Shown here piece by piece: positions 45,215-55,010 of a DNA stretch of 64,000 nt (within the stretch, counting starts at the first letter, position 1; each line of letters begins with the position of its first letter). The notes under the pieces were generated by a model. It did not search any database, was not told the origin of the DNA, and saw only the letters and a list, made by a program, of their open reading frames with translations. The DNA comes from Pelagibacteraceae bacterium AG-461-B04 (GTDB lineage: Bacteria; Pseudomonadota; Alphaproteobacteria; Pelagibacterales; AG-422-B15). A program made the position numbers and the translations under genes. The DNA is taken from NCBI GenBank assembly GCA_003211835.1, contig QCRN01000006.1:2545-66544 (forward strand). The letters are read 5' to 3'.

Positions 45215-46911
45215 TGTCTTCAAAAAAAATGACTGGCGGCGAAGCCGTTGTTGAAACTTTATTGGCAAATGAAGCTGAAGTGATTACAGGGCTGATCGGC
45301 TCATCGACACTTGAGATCTTGGATGGTCTTTATAATAATTCCGATAAAATCAGATATATAGGTTGCAGACATGAGAGCAATGGGATGATTATCATGGATG
45401 CCTATGCCAGGTATACTGGGAAAAATGGAGTATTTTTAAGTGGCCAAGCAGGTCCTGGTGTCAGCAACACAGTAACTGCGATGGCTCAGGCAAAGGCTGC
45501 TTTTTCGCCAGTTGTTAACCTTGCTGGAGCAATTGCATCAGATCACAAAGGCAAGGATGCTTTTCAGGAAATAGATCAGGTTAGTTTGATGCAAGCGGTA
45601 TCAAAAAAAGTTTTTGAAGTAAAAGAAGTTGAGTCAATACCAGAAGTTTTAAATGAAGCGATGCAAACAGCACTGACACCTCGCTGTGGCCCTGTTCATG
45701 TAGATATGCCTAGAGATGTTTTAGGTAAATCAGCTGAATTTAATCGGCCTACGAAATTTAAATCTATACCAGCTTTAGCTGCTGATGAGGAAAATTTAAA
45801 AAAAGCTGTAAAGCTTTTAAGTGAATCACATAAACCTGTAATTCTAGTTGGGGCAGGAATTAAGAATTACGGAACAAGTGCAGCAGATAGTGTTTTAAAG
45901 TTAGCTGAACTTCTCAATGCCCCATGTGCCACTTCTCCAGGACATGGTGATGCAATTCCATATAGTCATCCGTTAAATGCGGGATCAGCCGGCCCTCGTG
46001 GATCAGGGTTAGGAACAAAACTTTTAAGAGAGGCGGATGTGATTCTAGTTTTAGGGAGTCGATTAGGTTTTAATACAACGTTCTATTCTTACGAGAACCT
46101 AAATGAAAAGGCTTCAATTATACAATGTGAAATAGATCTGAATTCGATAGGCCGATATTTTCCTGTCGAAGTAGGCATACATGCGGATGCTAAAACTGTA
46201 ACCAATGAGCTTTATAAAATGCTTGAAACACATAAGTCAAAAAAAGAAGTACAAGATTGGTCAGATCAATTCAAAGACAATAGAAAAAATTATTTTGATA
46301 AAAGAGATGCTGATGCTGATACTAAAAGTGTACCAATTTTACCTTCAGGATTATTTAAAGAATTAAGGGGAGCCTTGCCGGAGGATTGTGTCGTAACTTT
46401 GGATGCGGGCACAATGTGTCTCCAGTTAACTGATGCTCTTCAATATCATCAACCAAAGAGTCTATTTTCTCCACTCGATTTTGGGATGGTGGGATTCTCT
46501 TATCCCGCTGGACTAGGGATAAAACTTGCAGCCCCTGAAAGACCCGTAGTTTCTTTTCATGGAGATGGTGGCATGTCCATGGTTATTCCAGAGCTTTCAA
46601 CTGCAATCGAAAATAATATTAATACTGTTGTATGTGTCATGAATAACGGCACTTGGGGCGCTGAAGCAGCCTACCAAAAAGATTTTTTTGAGGGACGTTT
46701 TATTGGTGCTCATATCACTACTCCTGAGTTTGATAAAGTTGCTGAATTGTATGGATGTAAGGGCATAAAGGTTGAAAAAGCAGGAGATATTGGAGACGCG
46801 ATTAAAGCTGGAATTGAGGCTGACTGCCCAACAGTAATCGATGTTCAATGTTCTCCTGATGCACTATATTCATTCAGGCAGGACTCATTTAAACATAAAG
46901 TAAAACAGTAG
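45214..46911 (+). CDS. thiamine-diphosphate-dependent enzyme (acetolactate-synthase-like fold)
   Basis: 565 aa. N-terminal MTGGEAVVETL (PYR domain) and ThDP motif GDGGMSM...NNGTWG. GTG at 45214 overlaps the upstream stop. ATG at 45229 is an alternative start. Confidence 0.85.
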   Translation: MSSKKMTGGEAVVETLLANEAEVITGLIGSSTLEILDGLYNNSDKIRYIGCRHESNGMIIMDAYARYTGKNGVFLSGQAGPGVSNTVTAMAQAKAAFSPVVNLAGAIASDHKGKDAFQEIDQVSLMQAVSKKVFEVKEVESIPEVLNEAMQTALTPRCGPVHVDMPRDVLGKSAEFNRPTKFKSIPALAADEENLKKAVKLLSESHKPVILVGAGIKNYGTSAADSVLKLAELLNAPCATSPGHGDAIPYSHPLNAGSAGPRGSGLGTKLLREADVILVLGSRLGFNTTFYSYENLNEKASIIQCEIDLNSIGRYFPVEVGIHADAKTVTNELYKMLETHKSKKEVQDWSDQFKDNRKNYFDKRDADADTKSVPILPSGLFKELRGALPEDCVVTLDAGTMCLQLTDALQYHQPKSLFSPLDFGMVGFSYPAGLGIKLAAPERPVVSFHGDGGMSMVIPELSTAIENNINTVVCVMNNGTWGAEAAYQKDFFEGRFIGAHITTPEFDKVAELYGCKGIKVEKAGDIGDAIKAGIEADCPTVIDVQCSPDALYSFRQDSFKHKVKQ

Positions 46912-46920
46912 GATCATATT

Positions 46921-47502
46921 ATGACACTTGAAATCAGGAAGATGTGTAAGTTTGTTGATACAACATATGTTGAAGATTTTAAAAAATGTGATGAACCTGT
47001 AGTTTTAGTATCTGTCGCAGCAGTAATTACAAACCCATGGGTTGACCAAGGCTATGTAGAAGACTTAAAGCCTACAATTTTAGAGATAGCCCCAAAGCTT
47101 GGTGATTTTTTAGTTGGTGAACTATTAGATGAAATTGGCTCCCCAAAAAAAGTCTTAGCCTACGGTAAGGCGAGTATGACAGGGATGCGTGGAAGCATAC
47201 AACATGCAAGTGCACTGATTCATACATTACATTTTGGCAATAAATTTCGAGATGCTGTTGGAGGAACATCCTATCTTTCATTTACCAATGTACGTGGACT
47301 TGCAGCTTCAAAAATATCAATTCCTATGATGCACAAAACAGATCCCGGTTTGAGACAATTTTATTTAACTCATGAGTTTACCATTCATGATGCTCCTGGT
47401 CCTGCTGAATTAGTTATAGCAATTGGCGCAAGTACTACCCCCCAAGCTCATCATCGTATCGGAAACCGTTATGAAGATGAAAAGGAAATGGGACTGAAAT
47501 AA
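46921..47502 (+). CDS. 'amino acid synthesis' family protein (PF06684/DUF1185-like), function unknown
   Basis: 193 aa. MTLEIRKM...VAAVITNPW...EDLKP pattern as I remember it for this family. Assignment is from memory only. Confidence 0.5.
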   Translation: MTLEIRKMCKFVDTTYVEDFKKCDEPVVLVSVAAVITNPWVDQGYVEDLKPTILEIAPKLGDFLVGELLDEIGSPKKVLAYGKASMTGMRGSIQHASALIHTLHFGNKFRDAVGGTSYLSFTNVRGLAASKISIPMMHKTDPGLRQFYLTHEFTIHDAPGPAELVIAIGASTTPQAHHRIGNRYEDEKEMGLK

Positions 47503-47507
47503 TATTC

Positions 47508-48293
47508 ATGTCATTTCGTGAAGGACTTGACGATCAAGGTACATATTATCAATTTAATGAAGTTACTGGCACTACACCCATAGTATTTATTCATGGGGTT
47601 GGTTTAAGTTTAGAAATATGGAAACCCCAAAGAGATTTTTTTAAAAATCATTCAACAATTGTATACGACTTATATGGTCATGGAAGAACTACGAACGCTG
47701 ATGACATTGCCTTCGATAAATTTTCCAATCAAATTGATGGCCTCATGCAATACTTAAAATACCCTTCATGCCATTTAATAGGTTTTTCCTTAGGCGGGTT
47801 AATCGCTGCTCACTATGCTTCAACAAGATCAAATAAGATCAATAAATTAATTTTATTTGGGACCATCTATGGACGAAGTACCGAACAACAGCAAGAAGCT
47901 ATCAAAAGGTATGAAAATGTTTCAAAAGAATATTTTGATATTCCTAAACAATTAAGTCGATGGTTTAATGAGGATTATCTTAAAAAAAATCCTAATGAGA
48001 GCCAATTGGTATCAACAATATTAGAAAACAATGATCATCAAGAGTTCTTAAAATCATATAAATTATTCTCTCATTTCCAAGACAATATGATTTTGTTTAA
48101 TCAAATTTCAGCTCCTACATTAATTGTAACTGGAGAAAATGAGGAAGGATCTACGCCTGAAATGTCGAAAAAGATTGGGGAAATAGTTAAAGATAGTAAA
48201 GTAGAGATTATTCCTGATGGAAAACATATGTGTGGCATGGAGTGTGCAGACAAGGTTAATCAAGTATTTGGAAACTTTTTAAATGGTAACTAA
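47508..48293 (+). CDS. alpha/beta hydrolase
   Basis: 261 aa. FIHGVG oxyanion block, GFSLGG nucleophile elbow and C-terminal DGKHM histidine. Confidence 0.8.
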   Translation: MSFREGLDDQGTYYQFNEVTGTTPIVFIHGVGLSLEIWKPQRDFFKNHSTIVYDLYGHGRTTNADDIAFDKFSNQIDGLMQYLKYPSCHLIGFSLGGLIAAHYASTRSNKINKLILFGTIYGRSTEQQQEAIKRYENVSKEYFDIPKQLSRWFNEDYLKKNPNESQLVSTILENNDHQEFLKSYKLFSHFQDNMILFNQISAPTLIVTGENEEGSTPEMSKKIGEIVKDSKVEIIPDGKHMCGMECADKVNQVFGNFLNGN

Positions 48294-49755
48294 TAATATT
48301 CATAATTATCAAATGTTCATAGATGGTCAATGGACAGAAGCAGAAAATAATCAAAGATTCGAAAGCACTAATCCTGAGAACAATAAACCTTGGTCTTCAT
48401 TTCCAGATGCAACAGTCAATGATGTCAATAACGCAGTTGCAGCTGCTAAAAATGCATTTAAGTCGTGGTCAGCAAGTGATGTAAAAATAAGAGCTCAATA
48501 TCTGCGGGCAATAGGTGATCAGCTTAAGAAGAACGCTGAGCATATTGGAAAAATAGAAACTATCGATAGTGGTAAACTTTTGAAAGAAACAAAATTTCAA
48601 GCTGAATATATGAAAGATTATTTTTACTATTATGCAGAGCTCGCTGAGAAAATGGAAAATACAAAAATTATTTCTGACATAGATAAGCCTGATATGGAAG
48701 TTATTGAAGCAAGTGAACCAATTGGTGTTATCGCATGTATCATTCCATGGAATTCACAAATGTTTTTAACGGCGACTAAAGTTGCGCCTGCACTGGCTGC
48801 AGGGAATACAGTGGTGATTAAATCCTCTGAACTTGCTCCTGCACCGTTAGCTGAATTTGCAAAATTAACAGAACAAGTAGGATTGCCAAAAGGCGTTATA
48901 AATCTAGTGAGTGGAGGAGCAGAAGTTGGAAAAAATTTAACATCCCATAAAGATATAGGCAAAGTGCTCTTCACAGGTGGGACTGAAACAGGATCTCATG
49001 TAATAAGAAATACAGCTGAAAATTTTGCACAGTTAACCCTTGAACTTGGAGGGAAATCGCCAGTTATTGTATTTGCAGACGCTGATGTAGAAAATGCATT
49101 AAACAATATTACGACTGCTATCTTTTCTGGAAATGGCTGCAGCTGTATTGCTGGATCAGTATTGATTCTGCATGATAAAATTTATGATGAATTTCTTAAC
49201 CAATTAAAAAATAGAGCTGAGAGTATTAAATTAGGTTCACCGCTTGAGGCGGAAACTCAAATGGGACCGTTAAATAATCTCAAACAAGTAGAGTTCATTG
49301 AAAAAAACATTGAGTTATCTATAAAACAAGGAGCTAAAATATTATGTGGTGGTAAGCGGCAAAATAATTGTTATTTCCCACCAACAATTATTGAGTGTCC
49401 AGACAAATCAATCAATACAGCCAACACAGAACTTTTTGGACCAGTTCTCTCTGTGATTAGATTTAGTTCTGAAGAAGAGGCCATAAATTTAGCAAATGAT
49501 AATCGCTATGGCCTTTCATCAGGCGTGTTCAGTGAAAATGAAAAAATATGTGAGAGAGTAAGCAAAAAGATTGAAGCTGGTATTTGTTTTATAAATTGTT
49601 ATAGGTTTATTTCATACGCTGCAAGTTTTGGCGGTAGAAAAAATAGTGGCTATGGACGAGAGAGCGGAGCTGAAGCAATAAGAGATATGCAATTAAGAAA
49701 AACTATCTGGAACTCAACTGCAAGAGTAACAGAAGACCCATTTAAGATCAGATAA
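48283..49755 (+). CDS. NAD(P)-dependent aldehyde dehydrogenase
   Basis: 490 aa. LELGGKSP (catalytic Glu) and GNGCSCIAGS (catalytic Cys) blocks, plus the PWN motif IPWNSQ. Confidence 0.9.
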   Translation: MVTNNIHNYQMFIDGQWTEAENNQRFESTNPENNKPWSSFPDATVNDVNNAVAAAKNAFKSWSASDVKIRAQYLRAIGDQLKKNAEHIGKIETIDSGKLLKETKFQAEYMKDYFYYYAELAEKMENTKIISDIDKPDMEVIEASEPIGVIACIIPWNSQMFLTATKVAPALAAGNTVVIKSSELAPAPLAEFAKLTEQVGLPKGVINLVSGGAEVGKNLTSHKDIGKVLFTGGTETGSHVIRNTAENFAQLTLELGGKSPVIVFADADVENALNNITTAIFSGNGCSCIAGSVLILHDKIYDEFLNQLKNRAESIKLGSPLEAETQMGPLNNLKQVEFIEKNIELSIKQGAKILCGGKRQNNCYFPPTIIECPDKSINTANTELFGPVLSVIRFSSEEEAINLANDNRYGLSSGVFSENEKICERVSKKIEAGICFINCYRFISYAASFGGRKNSGYGRESGAEAIRDMQLRKTIWNSTARVTEDPFKIR

Positions 49756-49766
49756 GTATTTTTATT

Positions 49767-50039
49767 ATGTCTAGTAAATTTAAACAAGATATCTCAAAAC
49801 TTAATTATCTATTTAATCAAATAAAAGAACCAATAGTTTGTGTTAAATGCTCAGATGAATTAACTCAAGGCCTAACAGACGCAAAATCTATTCAAGATTA
49901 TTCAAGAATCGATGTAGGTTTTACTGATCGAGGGCTTCAAATTTGGTGTCAAAGGCATCAATTAAATATTTGTCACATTAATTTTGAAGGAAAAATGCCT
50001 GAAGCAGATTTCAGGTGCTTAGAAAAAAAGAATAAATAA
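49767..50039 (+). CDS. hypothetical 90-aa Cys/His-containing protein
   Basis: Its stop is immediately followed by the sbcB ATG. CVKC...WCQRH...CH could be a small metal-binding knuckle. No family recognised. Confidence 0.45.
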   Translation: MSSKFKQDISKLNYLFNQIKEPIVCVKCSDELTQGLTDAKSIQDYSRIDVGFTDRGLQIWCQRHQLNICHINFEGKMPEADFRCLEKKNK

Positions 50040-51464
50040 ATGAAATATATTTTTTGGGATTTAGAGACATCAACATTGAACGCAGCTTATGGATCCATTG
50101 TTCAGGCAGCTGCTATATGCACAGACGAAGACTTTAATATCATTGACCAATTTGATTTGAGAGGTCGAATGAAGAGGGAATATCCTGTTCCTTCAGCAAA
50201 GGCTTTGTTAGTTAATGGTGTTTCCATTGATCAATTAAAGAATCATGAAAATTCAAACTTTAGTTTAATTGCTCAAATACAAAGTAAATTATTATCCTGG
50301 GGTGAGTGCCTTTTCATAGGATATAATTCAATTTCATTTGATGACATGCACCTAAGACAATCTCTTTATCAATCAGCTTTACCACCTTACATCACAAATA
50401 CGAATGGTAATAAAAGAGGCGATGCGATGAAACTTCTTCATTCTGCAGCAGCAGTTTATCCAAACGCTTTTGTGAGACCGCTTGATGATAATACTGGTAA
50501 AATTACTTTTAGATTAGAAAAATTTGCTTCAGCTAATGGCATAGAGCATTCAAAGGCCCATGACGCTCTATCAGATGTTGAAGCAACATTGGGTGTTTGT
50601 AAGCTTATAAAAGACCGATGCAACGATGTATGGGAAAGTTCATTAAAAACTGCATCAAAACAAGACCTCTATAAATATGTTGATCAAGAAAAAGTGTTTT
50701 GTGCGAGTAGGTTCTTTAGAGGAAAAGAATATACGCACGGCCTTGCCTACATTACCAAGGATCCTTCATATGAAAATCATGTTTACTGTTTTGATTTGTC
50801 AATCGACCCAGATTATGTTTTTGATTTAGATAGGGCAGAGCTTAAGAAGATGTTTAAGGGTAAAAATAAGTGTTTTCATATGATCAAAGCGAACGAACAG
50901 CCGATTTTATTAGATGAAGATTATCTCTTTAGGTCAGAAGATTATAAAGATCTTTCATCCGAAATCGTAAATGAGCGTATGAAAAAAATAAGAGGTAACA
51001 AAAATTTTATAGAAAAATTTACTAATCTTCTTTTAGACAAAGGTGAAGATAGAGAACTTACCCAGGACCAAACTGAAAAACCTGTTGAAGAGCAAATTTA
51101 TAATGGTTTTCCTAGTTCAAAAGATAATTATTTGATGTCTGATTTTCATGCCGCTGAGTGGGATAAGAAGTATGAAATTGCCCAAAAAATAACTGACAAC
51201 CGCTCAAAGGAATTTGCAAAAAGAGTAATTTACAATGAAAAACCTGAGTTTTTACCAGAACAAGAAGTTAAGAATCGCGATAAAATAATAGCTGAGAAAG
51301 TACTCTCATTGGACAAATGTTCATGGAATACAATTCCAGGAGCGATGAGTGAAATTGATGATCTAAGAGAAAGTGAAGATGAAATTGATATGGATCGTTT
51401 GGAAGAAATTGATACGTATATTCAAGAACTGGATACATATCATAGGGAAAAGTTAGATGGATAA
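50040..51464 (+). CDS. sbcB: exodeoxyribonuclease I
   Basis: 474 aa. DEDD exonuclease motifs FWDLETS, YNSISFD and HDALSDVEAT, and an ExoI-length C-terminal region. Confidence 0.8.
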   Translation: MKYIFWDLETSTLNAAYGSIVQAAAICTDEDFNIIDQFDLRGRMKREYPVPSAKALLVNGVSIDQLKNHENSNFSLIAQIQSKLLSWGECLFIGYNSISFDDMHLRQSLYQSALPPYITNTNGNKRGDAMKLLHSAAAVYPNAFVRPLDDNTGKITFRLEKFASANGIEHSKAHDALSDVEATLGVCKLIKDRCNDVWESSLKTASKQDLYKYVDQEKVFCASRFFRGKEYTHGLAYITKDPSYENHVYCFDLSIDPDYVFDLDRAELKKMFKGKNKCFHMIKANEQPILLDEDYLFRSEDYKDLSSEIVNERMKKIRGNKNFIEKFTNLLLDKGEDRELTQDQTEKPVEEQIYNGFPSSKDNYLMSDFHAAEWDKKYEIAQKITDNRSKEFAKRVIYNEKPEFLPEQEVKNRDKIIAEKVLSLDKCSWNTIPGAMSEIDDLRESEDEIDMDRLEEIDTYIQELDTYHREKLDG

Positions 51465-52455
51465 TTTAACAGGTCTTGTTCTATTTAGTTGTGGCCTAAT
51501 CATTGGTGCAGCAATTACTTATTTTTTATTGCAACGGAAAAAATCAGATGATGACAATGATAAAAGTCTATCTGATGTAAAAGAAATGGTTAAAGACCTC
51601 AGTAATCAAATTTCTCTAAAAGAAGGAAAAGATGAAGAGCGCTATGATTTAATTAACAAACTTACAGCAGCATTTACGGGAGGTTCAAAGAAGCAAGGAA
51701 TTGCAGGAGAGATTTTATTATTGAATATTTTACAGCAGTCAGGTTTTAGAGAAGGCAAAGATTTTGAAGTACAGAAGAAATATGATGATGAAATTGATGG
51801 AGAGTTCAAAAAAAAATATCCAGATATTATTTTACACTTACCTGATGATAGAGATTTAGTTATTGACTCAAAAATATCACTGAGTGCATGGCAAGATTAT
51901 TGTAATGCAGATGATGAAACTATTAAGATTGATGCACACAAAAGACATATTCAATCAATACGAACACATATTAAGAAGCTAAGTGAAGCAAATTATCAAA
52001 AAATTTATAAGATCAAAACACTTGATGCTGTGGTGATGTTCATGCCTTACGAAAGTGCTTTTGACTCAATGTTGGATAAAGTTGAAGAGGTAATTCTTGA
52101 AGCTAATAAATTTAAAATTATTTTAGCAAGCCCTTCAACATTGATCTCTGTACTGAAAATAATTGATAACATGTGGTCGATTAATGAGAGAAACAGAAAT
52201 GCTGATTCTATTGCAAGCACCGCATTGGAAATTTATGCGCAAGTTGAAAAAGTTTATTCTGCCTTCGAAAATGCTGGACATGAACTTAATAAATCCATGG
52301 GTTCAATTGAGACAGCTAAATCAAGATTGAGGGATGGAAAGGGGAGCTTGGTATCCAGAGTTAAGAAAATGCTCAAATTAGGTGGCTTGAAACCAGATAA
52401 GGAAATTCCTGACTCTGAAGAAAATGAAGTTACAAAAATAAAAAAAATTAAGTAA
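51457..52455 (+). CDS. rmuC: DNA recombination protein RmuC (short form)
   Basis: 332 aa. N-terminal TM helix, a coiled region, then PDIILHLPDDRDLVIDSK...FMPYESAF, the RmuC nuclease-like core. 8-nt overlap with sbcB. Confidence 0.75.
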   Translation: MDNLTGLVLFSCGLIIGAAITYFLLQRKKSDDDNDKSLSDVKEMVKDLSNQISLKEGKDEERYDLINKLTAAFTGGSKKQGIAGEILLLNILQQSGFREGKDFEVQKKYDDEIDGEFKKKYPDIILHLPDDRDLVIDSKISLSAWQDYCNADDETIKIDAHKRHIQSIRTHIKKLSEANYQKIYKIKTLDAVVMFMPYESAFDSMLDKVEEVILEANKFKIILASPSTLISVLKIIDNMWSINERNRNADSIASTALEIYAQVEKVYSAFENAGHELNKSMGSIETAKSRLRDGKGSLVSRVKKMLKLGGLKPDKEIPDSEENEVTKIKKIK

Positions 52456-52493
52456 ATTCAATAGTTTAATAACGTTTTTAGCGGCCTTTAACC

Positions 52494-52522
52494 TTGACTT
52501 TAGGCCTCTCCGTACTTACATT
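52494..52522 (+). promoter_or_regulatory. candidate sigma70 promoter of trxA
   Basis: TTGACT (52494-52499), 17-nt spacer, TACATT (52517-52522). AAGAAAGGAA precedes the ATG. Confidence 0.35.
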
Positions 52523-52548
52523 ACAACCAACTTAAGAAAGGAATCACT

Positions 52549-52872
52549 ATGGCTACGAAAAATATTACAGACGCAACTTTTGAGGAAGAAGTTTTAAAAT
52601 CTGATAAACCTGTCGTACTCGATTTTTGGGCGCCTTGGTGTGGTCCTTGTAAAATGATTGGTCCATCTTTAGAAGAAATCTCAGATGAAATGGCTGATAA
52701 GATTACTGTTGCTAAAGTTAACATTGATGAGAATCCAGAAACACCAACCAAATATGGTGTAAGAGGAATCCCAACAATGCTTGTATTTAAAAATGGTGAA
52801 GCTGCAGCAACTAAAGTTGGAGCTGTATCAAAGACAGCTATTGTTGAGTGGATTGAAGATTCAATCGCTTAA
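52549..52872 (+). CDS. trxA: thioredoxin
   Basis: 107 aa. WAPWCGPCK active site and GIRGIPT cis-Pro loop. Confidence 0.95.
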   Translation: MATKNITDATFEEEVLKSDKPVVLDFWAPWCGPCKMIGPSLEEISDEMADKITVAKVNIDENPETPTKYGVRGIPTMLVFKNGEAAATKVGAVSKTAIVEWIEDSIA

Positions 52873-54155
52873 TTAACTTCTAAAACTTTTCCAGCAAGAT
52901 AGAGTGAACCGCAAATTAATATGCGCGTATTCTCATTTGCTTCATTAACACTTTTTACTGCTTCAGAAATTGAACTTGAAACTGCAATTTCGGCACATTG
53001 ATCTTCTAGTTTATTTTTGAGTTCATCTGCTGGGATTGCATTGTCCTCACTCGGAATCGTTATTGTTGTAATCGAGAAGCAATTGCTAAATTGTCTGATA
53101 TAGGCTGCAGGATCTTTTGTATTAATCATTCCAATAATGATGCATAACTTTTTTTCTGGCAAATTCTTTAGTGTCTTATTCAAATTAAATGCAGCATCAA
53201 CATTATGTGATCCATCTAAGTAAAGTTCATTTGATGGTTTCATTTTTGAACATAACTTGCCATCCTCTATTTTTTGCATTCGGCCAGGGAAATAAACAGA
53301 TTTGTGTTTTTGATCTTTTAAGAATTCTCTTACTTCTATGTTTGGTAATTGAGATATTGCAGCAATTGCAAGCCCAATATTTTTCTTTTGAAATTCATTT
53401 TGATCATCGAAATTAGAAAATTCCAATGTACTTGTATTGTCTTCATAAATGAGGGTGCCATTTTGTTCCGTTATGTTCCAGTGTATTCCATGAGCAAAAA
53501 CAGGAGCTTCATTGTGCTCTGCTTGATTTATCAACATCTCTTTTGCCTCGGGATAGGGTTGAAAGCCAATGATTGCTGGAATTTTAGTTTTAATAATACC
53601 AGATTTTTCAAATGCAATTTTCTCAATGCTATTTCCCAGGAAATCCTGGTGATCGAAAGATATTGAGGAAATTATTGAGATTAATGGGTCAATTACGTTA
53701 CTGCTATCAAGTCTTCCGCCAAGCCCTACCTCTAGCAGAGTATAGTCAGTACGTGATCTTGATGCTGCCTCAAAAAATGCTGCAGAAGTGCTTTCAAAAA
53801 AAGTTATTTCTGAGCCTTCATTTATGTTTTTAATTTTGTTTAAAAGATTAAATAAGTCTTCATTTGTTATCTGTTTATCATTTAATTCAAAACGTTCATT
53901 AAATCTGACCAGATGAGGAGATATGTAGGCATTGGTAGACTTATTATTGTACCTGAGTATTTCTTGAATAAATCTTAGTGTAGAATATTTCCCATTAGTA
54001 CCTGCTATATGCAATATATTGTTAATTTTGTTTTGTGGATTTCCTAACTTATTTAAAAGTATTTTAATTCGATCTAAAGAAAGATCAATTTTCTTAGGGT
54101 GTAGTTTTAATAATTCTTCTAAAAGATTATCGATTTGAACATTAGAGATACTCAA
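52869..54155 (-). CDS. folC: bifunctional folylpolyglutamate synthase / dihydrofolate synthase
   Basis: 428 aa. HIAGTNGKYST P-loop, Mur-ligase-type layout, TTG start. Position downstream of accD as in other alphaproteobacteria. Confidence 0.85.
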   Translation of the reverse strand: MSISNVQIDNLLEELLKLHPKKIDLSLDRIKILLNKLGNPQNKINNILHIAGTNGKYSTLRFIQEILRYNNKSTNAYISPHLVRFNERFELNDKQITNEDLFNLLNKIKNINEGSEITFFESTSAAFFEAASRSRTDYTLLEVGLGGRLDSSNVIDPLISIISSISFDHQDFLGNSIEKIAFEKSGIIKTKIPAIIGFQPYPEAKEMLINQAEHNEAPVFAHGIHWNITEQNGTLIYEDNTSTLEFSNFDDQNEFQKKNIGLAIAAISQLPNIEVREFLKDQKHKSVYFPGRMQKIEDGKLCSKMKPSNELYLDGSHNVDAAFNLNKTLKNLPEKKLCIIIGMINTKDPAAYIRQFSNCFSITTITIPSEDNAIPADELKNKLEDQCAEIAVSSSISEAVKSVNEANENTRILICGSLYLAGKVLEVN

Positions 54156-55010
54156 TTAAGCAACTCGTTTTAATAACAGTGAAATAATTTGAGATAATTT
54201 ATCTTTTAAATCTTTTCTGTGTACTACCTGATCTATAAATCCATGATCAAGCAAATATTCAGATCGCTGGAAACCATCAGGAAGAGTTTCGCCTACAGTA
54301 TTCGATATAACTCTGGGTCCAGCAAAACAAATTAGTGCATTTGGTTCAGCCAATGTAACAGATCCAAGAGATCCAAATGAAGCAGTTACTCCGCCACTTG
54401 TTGGATTAGTATTGACTACGATGTAAGGTAATTTAGCATCCTTAACCATTTGGCAAGCAATGGTTGTCTTTGGAAGAGATTGAAGTGAGTGTTGATTTTC
54501 ATCCATTCTTGCTCCACCTGAGCAAGTAAAAACAATTAATGGTGTATGATTCGTTACCGAATGCTCTGCAGCTTTTATCATAGCCTCTGCAGCGGAAGCC
54601 CCAACTGAGCCCCCCATGAAATGAAAATTCTGAGCGGCAATTGTTACATTCATGTTATCTATTTTGCCAAACCCGATCAAAAAGCAATCATCCATATCTG
54701 TTTTAGAGCGAGCCTCATTGAACCTTTCTTTGTAAGTTTTGAGAGCTTTGAAATTTAATGGGTCACTAAAACCTGAGGGATATTTAATTTCCTCAAAAAC
54801 TCCACCATCAAAGAGACCTTTAAACCTAGCACGGGGATGAATTTGTAAATGCTCATCGCAATTGGGACACACAAATAATGTTGACTCCAGATCACTTGAA
54901 TAAAGCATAGTTTGGCACTGTGGACATTTAATCCAGGAATTCTCAGCGATATCTAGATTTTTCTTCTTACGTGGAAAAACTTTTGATATTGTTCTGGTAA
55001 GCCAATTCAT
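54156..55010 (-). CDS. accD: acetyl-CoA carboxylase carboxyltransferase beta subunit
   Basis: 284 aa. N-terminal zinc ribbon CPQC...CPNC and FMGGSVG block. Confidence 0.93.
   Translation of the reverse strand: MNWLTRTISKVFPRKKKNLDIAENSWIKCPQCQTMLYSSDLESTLFVCPNCDEHLQIHPRARFKGLFDGGVFEEIKYPSGFSDPLNFKALKTYKERFNEARSKTDMDDCFLIGFGKIDNMNVTIAAQNFHFMGGSVGASAAEAMIKAAEHSVTNHTPLIVFTCSGGARMDENQHSLQSLPKTTIACQMVKDAKLPYIVVNTNPTSGGVTASFGSLGSVTLAEPNALICFAGPRVISNTVGETLPDGFQRSEYLLDHGFIDQVVHRKDLKDKLSQIISLLLKRVA

Noticed and set aside
52482-52506. GGCCT...AGGCC inverted repeat after rmuC as a terminator
   Set aside because: The stem is only 5 bp with a 15-nt loop and no following T-tract. It also overlaps the candidate trxA promoter.
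52521-53833. ORF 52521..52751 (-) antisense to trxA, and plus-strand ORFs 53189..53416, 53349..53666 and 53612..53833 inside folC
   Set aside because: They lie antisense to strongly supported conserved genes, and their products are low-complexity with no motifs.
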